Assembly (NCBI GenBank): GCA_034723415.1
Contig: JAYEOX010000038.1
Span: forward strand, 1 to 18,765
DNA from: Fidelibacterota bacterium
Lineage (GTDB): Bacteria > Fidelibacterota > Fidelibacteria > Fidelibacterales > Fidelibacteraceae
DNA: 18,765 nucleotides
Direction: 5' to 3'
The position numbers and the translations under genes are program-made. This document shows, piece by piece, positions 10,136-17,601 of this stretch (its first letter is position 1; each line of letters opens with the position of its first letter). A model generated the notes under the pieces. It had not been told where the DNA came from. It ran no database searches and worked only from the letters and a program-made list of their open reading frames with translations.

Positions 10136-11931
10136 TGTCTATTCAACAATATTCTGTAAATCAACATCCAATTCAAACATTATTAACTTGGATTGAATCG
10201 GGTGCGATCGCAATACCGGAGATTCAAAGACCATTTGTATGGAACGGAGTAAAAGTAAGAGATTTATTAGATTCTCTCTATCAGGGCTATCCTGTGGGAT
10301 ATCTAATTGCTTGGAGAAATCCTACAGTTAAATTAAAAGATGGAACTACATCAACAGGTAAAAGAATTCTCATTGATGGTCAGCAGCGTGTTACTGCTTT
10401 AATGACAGCTATTTTAGGAAGAAGAATAATTGATAAAGATTATCATAGAAGAACCATTAAAATTGCTTTTCATCCTGAAAAAAGAAAATTTGAAGTTTCT
10501 AATCCAGCTATTCAGAAAGACAAAGTTTGGTTATCAGATATATCAAAAGTGTTATCTCCGGAATTGAAGATGTTGAAATTTGTGAGAGAATATTGTGAAA
10601 TAAATCCAGATTCGGATCAGGACAATATTTATGAGAGCATAGAACTTCTACGAGGAATTATTAATAACCATATTGGTTTAATTGAACTAAATTCTGACTT
10701 AGACATAGAAACAGTAACTGAGATATTTATACGAAGTAATTCAAAAGGAGTTGTTTTGAGTCAGGCTGATTTTGCTATGTCAAAAATTGCATCAAATGAA
10801 ACTTATGGAGGAAATGAACTTCGTAAATGTATAGATTATTTTTGTCATTTGGCTGTTGCACCGGAATTTCATGAAACTTTGAAAGATTTGGACAAAGATT
10901 TTTCTCAAACTTTATATTTTCAAAAAATGTCTTGGCTCAAAAACGAAAATGATGATATTTATGATCCATCCTATACAGATATGCTTCGTGTTGCTTTTAC
11001 TTCTGAATTCAAGAGAGGTAGATTACAGGTTTTAGTTGCCTTACTATCAGGTAGGAATTTTGAAACACGAGAATATGAAGATACAATTGCAGAAAGTTCT
11101 TTTAAGCTTCTGAAAAAAGGAATATTCAATTTTATGAATGAAATAAATTTCAAACGATTCGTTATGATAATACGTTCGGCCGGATTTGTTGAGTCCTCGA
11201 TGATAAGATCTCAAAACGTAATAAACTTTGCTTATATTGTTTATCTTACTTTACGTTCACAAAACATAAACCAAGCCTTAATCGGATCTTATGTAAGAAA
11301 ATGGTTAGTTTTATCAATATTAACAAGACGATATTCAAGTTCACCGGAATCTCAATTTGATTTTGACATAAAGAAAATTGATGAAATTGGGTTTGAGAAT
11401 TATTTAGAACAAGTGACCAGTGCTGAATTATCTGATGCGTTTTGGGATTTTGGTTTACCACAACAATTTAATACTTCAGTTGCAAGCAGCCCTTATTTCA
11501 ATGTTTACTTAGCGGCACAAGTAAAGCTTAATGATAAAGGATTTCTATCTAAAGATATTTCTGTTAAAGATTTAGTTACTCATAGAGGTGACATTCACCA
11601 TATATTTCCACGAGATTATTTGAAACAACATGGTCTGACTCGTGGTAGATATAATCAGATTGCAAATTATGTAATTATGCAAAGTGAAATAAATATCTCT
11701 ATTGGCAATAAATCTCCGGATATCTATTTTAAAACAATTTTAGACCAATGTAATGGTGGTGGTTTGAAATACGGTGGAATTACAAAAAAATCTGAGCTTA
11801 AGGAAAATTTCGAAATGAATTGTATTCCAGATGGAATGGAAGAAAAAAACATTGATGATTATGAAGATTTTTTACTTCAAAGAAGAAAATTAATTTCACA
11901 GAAAATTAAAGATTATTATCAAAAGATATAA
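10135..11931 (+). CDS. DUF262-domain GmrSD-like protein (putative modification-dependent type IV restriction endonuclease)
   Basis: DUF262 motifs [19 protein letters not shown] and [10 protein letters not shown]-terminal His-Me finger-like DIHHIFPR...NQIANY...EIN. RBS GAGGAG at 10121-10126. Confidence 0.85.
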   Translation: MSIQQYSVNQHPIQTLLTWIESGAIAIPEIQRPFVWNGVKVRDLLDSLYQGYPVGYLIAWRNPTVKLKDGTTSTGKRILIDGQQRVTALMTAILGRRIIDKDYHRRTIKIAFHPEKRKFEVSNPAIQKDKVWLSDISKVLSPELKMLKFVREYCEINPDSDQDNIYESIELLRGIINNHIGLIELNSDLDIETVTEIFIRSNSKGVVLSQADFAMSKIASNETYGGNELRKCIDYFCHLAVAPEFHETLKDLDKDFSQTLYFQKMSWLKNENDDIYDPSYTDMLRVAFTSEFKRGRLQVLVALLSGRNFETREYEDTIAESSFKLLKKGIFNFMNEINFKRFVMIIRSAGFVESSMIRSQNVINFAYIVYLTLRSQNINQALIGSYVRKWLVLSILTRRYSSSPESQFDFDIKKIDEIGFENYLEQVTSAELSDAFWDFGLPQQFNTSVASSPYFNVYLAAQVKLNDKGFLSKDISVKDLVTHRGDIHHIFPRDYLKQHGLTRGRYNQIANYVIMQSEINISIGNKSPDIYFKTILDQCNGGGLKYGGITKKSELKENFEMNCIPDGMEEKNIDDYEDFLLQRRKLISQKIKDYYQKI

Positions 11932-11933
11932 TT

Positions 11934-11995
11934 ATGGCAGGTCCAATAGAACATAGATCAGTTCAAAGCAGAATTTTATAATATTTAAAAAAATC
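11934..11995 (+). pseudogene. hsdR: Probable 5' remnant of a type I restriction subunit R
   Basis: ATG two bases after the DUF262 stop gives MAGPIEHRSVQSRIL*YLKK, resembling HsdR N-termini of the type MPxPxEHKTVQARILxYA (recalled, not searched). In-frame TAA at 11979 and abrupt truncation. The position fits an hsdS-DUF262-hsdR order. Confidence 0.55.
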
Positions 11996-12007
11996 GACCA
12001 ATAAACA

Positions 12008-12059
12008 ATAAACACAAAAATAATTTTTATATTAAAATGAATATATTTTTTGTAAATTA
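12008..12059 (+). repeat. Direct repeat A, copy 1 (52 bp, identical to 12978-13029)
   Basis: ATAAACACAAAAATAATTTTTATATTAAAATGAATATATTTTTTGTAAATTA. Weaker similarity continues to about 12077. Confidence 0.97.
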
Positions 12060-12106
12060 GATAATTAGGAAATAGGTTTTTTTATTATCAAAATGAGAGA
12101 TAAATT

Positions 12107-12943
12107 ATGGATAGACAAGATAAAATTCAACTTTTTCAAAAGCAAAAAGTAAGAACGCATTGGGATGAAAATGAAGAGAAATGGTATTTTTCAGTTGTAG
12201 ATGTGATTGAGGTTTTGACTGATAGCCCAAGACCACGGAAATACTGGAATGCCCTAAAAACCAAGTTAAAAGAGGAAGGAAGTGAGTTGTCCCAAAAATT
12301 AGGACAACTGAAAATGCAATCATCTGATGGTAAATTTTATAAAACAGATGTGCTTGATACAGAAAATTTATTACGACTTATTCAATCAATTCCATCACCC
12401 AAAGCAGAACCTTTTAAATTGTGGTTGGCAAAAGTGGGTTATGAGCGGATTGAAGAGACCGAAGATCCTGAACTTGCTTTTGATAGAGCGATGGAAACCT
12501 ACTTAAAAAAAGGTTATTCTAAAGAGTGGATAAATCAACGATTAAAAAGTATAGAAGTCAGAAAAGAACTTACAGATGAATGGGATACAAGAGGTGTTAA
12601 AAAAGGTTTGGAATATGCCATACTTACCAATGAAATTACTGAAGCATGGAGTGGCCTGGATGTAAAAAATTATAAAAAATATAAAGGATTAAAGAAAGAA
12701 AATTTAAGAGATAATATGAGTAATCTTGAATTAGTTCTTAATATGTTAGCAGAAGCAACAACAAGCGAAATCAGCAAAGAGAAAATGCCAAAAAATTTTG
12801 ATGAAAATAAAGTAGTTGCTAAAGAAGGTGGCACTATTGCCGGAAATACAAGAAAAGAAATTGAGACGAAAACCGGAAAAAAAGTTGTGACAAAGCTCTC
12901 TACTAAGAAATTTTTAGAAAATAATAAGAAGAAAAAAAGTTGA
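12107..12943 (+). CDS. Bro-N domain (phage antirepressor-like) DNA-binding protein
   Basis: N-terminal KVRTHWDENEEKWYFSVVDVIEVLTDS...YW..LK.KL, LRLIQSIPSPKAEPFKLWLA, and C-terminal KGLKKENLRDNMS.LEL. Confidence 0.85.
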   Translation: MDRQDKIQLFQKQKVRTHWDENEEKWYFSVVDVIEVLTDSPRPRKYWNALKTKLKEEGSELSQKLGQLKMQSSDGKFYKTDVLDTENLLRLIQSIPSPKAEPFKLWLAKVGYERIEETEDPELAFDRAMETYLKKGYSKEWINQRLKSIEVRKELTDEWDTRGVKKGLEYAILTNEITEAWSGLDVKNYKKYKGLKKENLRDNMSNLELVLNMLAEATTSEISKEKMPKNFDENKVVAKEGGTIAGNTRKEIETKTGKKVVTKLSTKKFLENNKKKKS

Positions 12944-12977
12944 TTAAAATTTTCAATATCTTATTCTTAAAATATTC

Positions 12978-13029
12978 ATAAACACAAAAATAATTTTTAT
13001 ATTAAAATGAATATATTTTTTGTAAATTA
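12978..13029 (+). repeat. Direct repeat A, copy 2 (nadE upstream region)
   Basis: Identical to 12008-12059 at an offset of 970 bp, ending 23 nt before the nadE ATG. Confidence 0.97.
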
Positions 13030-13052
13030 TATAAATAAAAATTAGGTGATCT

Positions 13053-14663
13053 ATGAAAAATATAAAAACAGCAATTGCACAGAAGAACTTCACAGTTGGC
13101 GATTTGAGAGGAAATTCAAAAATTATTATTGATTCAATTGAAAATGCGAAGAAGAATAATGTTGAAATTGTAGTTTTTCCTGAACTCTCTGTAACCGGAT
13201 ATTTTCCCAAAGATCTACTATTTAACAAACAATTTATTGAAGATAATTTGAAATATTTAGACAAAATCGTAAACTCTTGTGATTTAATAACCGCTTTGGT
13301 TGGATTTGTTAATAAAATTGAGGATGATATTTATAATTCCATTGCAGTTATCCAAAATAGAAAAATTGTAAAAATAATTCATAAAACAAATCTATCAATT
13401 GATGAAAAAAGATATTTTGCACAAAATGAAGATATTAAACCGGTAAATATAAAAATTAAAGATCAAAATGTTAAAATTGGAATTGAAATATCTGAAGATT
13501 TTGAAAATAATGAAAATAAAATAGATATAACTAGAAAACTTGCTGAAAATGGAGCGGAAGTAATATTTTGTTGTAGTGCTTCACCATATTATTTTAATAA
13601 ATTAGAAAAGAAACAAAAATATATTTCAAATAATGCAAAAGAGAATAATTTATCGATCATTTACACTAATTTAGTTGGCGGACAGGATGATCTGATCTAT
13701 GATGGAAATAGTTTTGCAGTTGATGAATATGGAAATATTTTAGCTGTTTGTAAAGGTCATAAAGAGGAGATAAAGTATTTTAAAATTGGGAATACTAATA
13801 AGATTTTGTCCTTTCCAAAGATAAATAAAATGGAAGAATTGTATAATTCGCTCGTTCTTGGAATTTCTGATTATTTTCGTAAAACAGGTTTCAAAGAGGC
13901 GATTTTGGGCTTGAGTGGTGGAATTGATTCTGCGTTGGTTGCAGTTTTGGTATCGGAAGCGATCGGTAGCGAAAATGTTTATTGTTACGCTTTGCCGTCT
14001 GAATTTAGCAGCAATCATTCTATTGAAGATTCCGAAAAATTAGCAAAGATTTTGGGAATAAACTATACGGAAATTTCGATAAAGAATAGTTATAATAATT
14101 TATTGAATACATTAGGAAAAGAATTTGAAGGAACGGAATTTGGAATTGCAGAAGAGAATCTACAAGCAAGAATTAGAGGGACGCTCTTAATGTCAATTGC
14201 AAATAAATTCGATCGTTTGGTGCTTACAACAGGAAATAAAACTGAAATTAATTTGGGATATTTTACTTTATATGGTGATTCTGCCGGAGCTCTGGCACCA
14301 ATTAGTGATTTAAATAAACTTGAAGTTTATGCTCTTTCAAATTATATAAATAAGAGATCCGAAAAAGAAATAATTCCACAAAATATAATTACTAAAAAAC
14401 CATCTGCAGAATTAAAAAATGGTCAATATGATCCATTTGATTATGAAATAGTCAGTCCATTGGTTGATGAAATCATTAATAACAATAGAAGTAAAAATGA
14501 ATTGCTGAAGTTAGGATATAATAAAAAATTGATTGATGAGGTTATTGAATTAATAAGGAAATCTGAATATAAAAGACATCAACTCGTTACAGGATTGAAA
14601 GTTTCAGAAACGATGGTTCATAAAGATAGAAAAATGCCGATCGTAAATAAATATACTTTTTAA
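13053..14663 (+). CDS. nadE: NAD+ synthetase with two-domain (glutamine-dependent type) architecture; glutaminase nucleophile Cys replaced by Ser
   Basis: Nitrilase-fold N-domain (FPELSVTGY, NLVGGQDDLIYDGNS) and synthetase domain (GLSGGIDSA, ENLQARIRG, TGNKTE, GY.TLYGD, PSAEL...Q.D). Confidence 0.95.
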   Translation: MKNIKTAIAQKNFTVGDLRGNSKIIIDSIENAKKNNVEIVVFPELSVTGYFPKDLLFNKQFIEDNLKYLDKIVNSCDLITALVGFVNKIEDDIYNSIAVIQNRKIVKIIHKTNLSIDEKRYFAQNEDIKPVNIKIKDQNVKIGIEISEDFENNENKIDITRKLAENGAEVIFCCSASPYYFNKLEKKQKYISNNAKENNLSIIYTNLVGGQDDLIYDGNSFAVDEYGNILAVCKGHKEEIKYFKIGNTNKILSFPKINKMEELYNSLVLGISDYFRKTGFKEAILGLSGGIDSALVAVLVSEAIGSENVYCYALPSEFSSNHSIEDSEKLAKILGINYTEISIKNSYNNLLNTLGKEFEGTEFGIAEENLQARIRGTLLMSIANKFDRLVLTTGNKTEINLGYFTLYGDSAGALAPISDLNKLEVYALSNYINKRSEKEIIPQNIITKKPSAELKNGQYDPFDYEIVSPLVDEIINNNRSKNELLKLGYNKKLIDEVIELIRKSEYKRHQLVTGLKVSETMVHKDRKMPIVNKYTF

Positions 14664-14675
14664 ATTTAAAGTTAA

Positions 14676-16841
14676 ATGAGAATCAGTACAAAAAAACGAA
14701 GTATTGATAACATATTTCAAAGAACACCGGTATTAAGTTTTTTGATATTATTTGTAATTGGTATTATTATTGCAAATTATTTTGAAATAAGTATGCTACT
14801 GATTTCATTGATTTTGGCTCTACTTTTAGGATTGACATTCATTACATCAATTAAAACTAACGATTATTTCTTTATCATTATAATTATTTTTGCGGGAATG
14901 TTGAGATTGACAATTACCGAAGAGATAATTTCAGATAAAAGAAAAATTGAAAATATACCTGATAAAGTAACTGTACAGATCAAAAAACTTAATACAAATC
15001 CATTTTATATTAAATCGTATAATTGTAATGTAAAATTTGAAAACAATTCATTTCAGTCGGTTTTATATCTAAAAAATAGTAAGCAAATATTAGCCGCCGG
15101 AAAAGAGTATGAAATTTCAAATATAAAAAGCGAAATAATTGAGTCCAATAATAATCCATTTGTTTTTGATTACAGAAGATATATGGAAGTAAATGGAATT
15201 ACACATACATCAAAGACAACAAAAAATTCACAAATTGTTGAAAAACAAATTTACAATCCTTTTTTATATTATTCTCAAAGATTCAGACGGAACATTTCAT
15301 CAAAAATAATTTCGGTTTATGGTATCAAAAAAGGGAGTTTATTAAACGGATTTTTGCTTGGATTGAAAAAAGAAATACCGGAAAATCTATCAAATTCTTT
15401 CAAAGATTTAGGAATTAGTCATTTACTCGCGGTTTCAGGATTACATGTTGGATTTATTGTTTTGTTGTTTTATCAGTTGTTTGTTTTTGTTTCCATTCCT
15501 AAGAAAACCAGAATAATTTTAATATTATTTTTAATGTTTGGTTATTGTTACATAATCGGATTTTCTGCTTCAATTGTCAGAGCTTCATTGATGATGGGTT
15601 TTTATCTTGTTTCGCCGCTTTTTAATCGAAAACATAATGCCTTAAATTCTGTAGCGAGCGCAGGTTTAATACTTTTATTATGGAATCCGATGACATTTTT
15701 TGATGTTGGTTTTCAATTCTCGTTTTCAGCTGTTTTTGGAATTATTTTGATCTATTCACGATTAAAAAGAATGATAAATTTTAATCCAAAAATAAAAATT
15801 ATTGAATATATTTACAACTTGATCTTGGTATCATTTTGTGCCGCACTTGCTACTGCTCCATTAAGTATTTATTATTTTGATGTGTTTAACTCATTGGCAA
15901 TTTTCGTAAATATTATTTTTATTCCACTAACATTTTTGATCCTAAGTTCTACGATTATTACTTTACCATTTTTATATTCTACTCATTTTTCCGCAAATCT
16001 TTTTATTAACGGATTAGATGCACTGATTACATTGTTTCTCAAGATGATTCAAGTTACAGATAATTTTTCATATTGGACTATTCACTTGTCGGAATATAAA
16101 GCAATTTTTATCACCGGAGTATTGATAATTTTCATTTTGATATTAGTAAAGAAGAGTAATTTTAGAAAATATTTATTATCATTTTTAATTGTTTTAGCTA
16201 TTGTTATTACTATTTGGAACAAGCAAGATGAAGTAATTACTTTTTCTTTAGAAAAGGGGAAAAGCGTATTAATAAAAAATTCAAGCAATTCTGTTTTAAT
16301 AAATACCGGTAATGCTTCATATTTTAATAATGATTTTGAGAAAACGATTAAACCGGTAATGGATAAATTAGCAGTTAAAAAAATAACGGTTATTGTTACA
16401 AAAATAAGTAAAGACCGTGCATATAATTTAGAAAAAGTGTTACATAATTACGAAGTGGAAAATATCTATTCTCCTGAAAAGTTAGATTATATTTCAGATG
16501 AAAAAGTTACAGTAATTAAAAACGATTCAACCGTAAATATAGGAAAAACAACTTATGACTTTTCTAAATCCACTTATTATGGCAAAGGATTGCTCAATGT
16601 ATCAGTGAATTTACATAACAAAAATTTATTAATTTATGAACACAATTTGCCACAATTAAAAAATAATACGATAATAGTTTCAAATACAAAAAGATTGAAT
16701 TTAGAAAAGCTGCCGAAAAATTCGGAATTAATTTATGTTACAAGGCAAGGAAAAAGTAAAGTTCCAAATGTCTATAACTTAAATAAAAACAGAGCAAAAA
16801 GATGTAAATTGATCTTTAATAAATGGATAAGTTTATTTTGA
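14676..16841 (+). CDS. comEC: ComEC/Rec2 competence DNA-uptake membrane protein with a degenerate C-terminal metallo-beta-lactamase domain
   Basis: NPFVFDYRRY, GISHLLAVSGLHVG, SIVRASLM, NP..FFDVGFQFSFSAV, and many transmembrane segments. Confidence 0.92.
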   Translation: MRISTKKRSIDNIFQRTPVLSFLILFVIGIIIANYFEISMLLISLILALLLGLTFITSIKTNDYFFIIIIIFAGMLRLTITEEIISDKRKIENIPDKVTVQIKKLNTNPFYIKSYNCNVKFENNSFQSVLYLKNSKQILAAGKEYEISNIKSEIIESNNNPFVFDYRRYMEVNGITHTSKTTKNSQIVEKQIYNPFLYYSQRFRRNISSKIISVYGIKKGSLLNGFLLGLKKEIPENLSNSFKDLGISHLLAVSGLHVGFIVLLFYQLFVFVSIPKKTRIILILFLMFGYCYIIGFSASIVRASLMMGFYLVSPLFNRKHNALNSVASAGLILLLWNPMTFFDVGFQFSFSAVFGIILIYSRLKRMINFNPKIKIIEYIYNLILVSFCAALATAPLSIYYFDVFNSLAIFVNIIFIPLTFLILSSTIITLPFLYSTHFSANLFINGLDALITLFLKMIQVTDNFSYWTIHLSEYKAIFITGVLIIFILILVKKSNFRKYLLSFLIVLAIVITIWNKQDEVITFSLEKGKSVLIKNSSNSVLINTGNASYFNNDFEKTIKPVMDKLAVKKITVIVTKISKDRAYNLEKVLHNYEVENIYSPEKLDYISDEKVTVIKNDSTVNIGKTTYDFSKSTYYGKGLLNVSVNLHNKNLLIYEHNLPQLKNNTIIVSNTKRLNLEKLPKNSELIYVTRQGKSKVPNVYNLNKNRAKRCKLIFNKWISLF

Positions 16842-16854
16842 GGGAAAGTAAAAT
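16771..16854 (+). repeat. Direct repeat B, copy 1 (last ~23 codons of comEC plus downstream RBS region)
   Basis: Aligns with 17517-17601 with 3 substitutions and 1 indel over about 85 nt. Confidence 0.97.
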
Positions 16855-16914
16855 ATCTTGAAATTATTTGGAAAATAATTATATTATCAATAAGTTTAGA
16901 TTAAATAAATAACA

Positions 16915-16943
16915 TAAACAAAAAATAATATTTGTGTTATAAT
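16915..16943 (+). promoter_or_regulatory. Probable promoter of the toxin-antitoxin operon (extended -10)
   Basis: TAAACA-N17-TATAAT with a perfect TGnTATAAT at 16935-16943, followed by RBS AAGGAG (16951-16956) and ATG at 16963. Confidence 0.65.
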
Positions 16944-16962
16944 TAAGTGAAAGGAGAAAACA

Positions 16963-17181
16963 ATGAAAATAAAATTACCTTTAGATAAAATGACTATAGC
17001 AGAAAAGCTTCAGACCATGGAAACTATTTGGAATAACTTGATGCGTAGATCTGCTGAATTTCCAACACCTCCTTGGCATAAAGATATATTAAAAAAACGT
17101 GAAGAAAATATTATTAATAAGGAAGATCACTTTACTAGTTGGGAAAAAGCAAAAAAGAAAATAAGAAATACGGTTCAATGA
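16963..17181 (+). CDS. Addiction module antitoxin (TIGR02574-like putative addiction module component)
   Basis: 72 aa; LPLDKMTIAEKLQTMETIW...PPWHKDILKKRE...WEKAKKKIR. ATGA overlap with the downstream toxin. Confidence 0.85.
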   Translation: MKIKLPLDKMTIAEKLQTMETIWNNLMRRSAEFPTPPWHKDILKKREENIINKEDHFTSWEKAKKKIRNTVQ

Positions 17182-17471
17182 AAATCAAAATTCTTGAATC
17201 TGCTATAAACGATTTAATGGATGGATATTGGTTTTATAAAAATCAACTAGATGGATTGGGTAATTATTTCCTTGATTCTTTGTTTTCTGATATTGATTCG
17301 TTAACTATTTATGCCGGCATTCATTCCAAATATTTAAATAAATATCATAAAATGCTTTCAAAACGTTTTCCTTTTGCAATATATTATAAAGTGGAAAATG
17401 AAATAGTGCTAATTTATGCTGTTCTTGACTGTAGAAGAAATCCTGGATTTGTAAAAGATAAATTAACTTAA
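17178..17471 (+). CDS. RelE/ParE family type II toxin
   Basis: MKIKILESAINDLMDGYWFY..Q..GLGNYFLDSL...KRFPFAIYY....VLIYAVLDCRRNP. The likely start is the ATG at 17178, overlapping the antitoxin TGA, rather than 17139. Confidence 0.88.
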   Translation: MKIKILESAINDLMDGYWFYKNQLDGLGNYFLDSLFSDIDSLTIYAGIHSKYLNKYHKMLSKRFPFAIYYKVENEIVLIYAVLDCRRNPGFVKDKLT

Positions 17472-17516
17472 GCATTAATCTAATTTAATAAATTTTTTGA
17501 AATTAAATCAAAAATA

Positions 17517-17601
17517 TCTATAACTTAAATAAAAACAGAGCAAAAAGATGGAAATTGATCTTTAATAAATGGGTGAGTTTATTTTGAGGGAAAGGTAAAA
17601 T
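17517..17601 (+). repeat. Direct repeat B, copy 2 (orphan copy of the comEC 3' end carrying the rnhB RBS and start)
   Basis: Translates as YNLNKNRAKRWKLIFNKWVSLF* versus comEC YNLNKNRAKRCKLIFNKWISLF*, and runs into the rnhB ATG at 17600. Confidence 0.97.

Noticed and set aside
12107..12943. Prophage, suggested by the Bro-N antirepressor-like gene
   Set aside because: There are no integrase, structural, replication or lysis genes nearby. Stand-alone Bro-N genes are common near R-M loci.
12008..13029. Repeat A or repeat B as a CRISPR array or integron attC sites
   Set aside because: Each repeat has only two copies separated by whole genes. There is no spacer periodicity, no cas or intI gene, and no RYYYAAC...GTTRRRY hairpin.
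17139..17177. N-terminal extension of the toxin ORF (MGKSKKENKKYGS)
   Set aside because: It overlaps the antitoxin by 43 nt. The ATG at 17178 gives the canonical ATGA coupling and a typical RelE/ParE N-terminus.
16896..17483. 9-bp inverted pair TTAGATTAA / TTAATCTAA around the toxin-antitoxin genes as IS or MITE terminal repeats
   Set aside because: It is short, AT-rich, cannot be extended, and does not sit at the cassette boundaries defined by repeat B.
17494..17514. Hairpin TTTTTGA-N7-TCAAAAA after the toxin as an intrinsic terminator
   Set aside because: The stem is almost all A/T and has no following U-tract on the + strand, so it is too weak to call.
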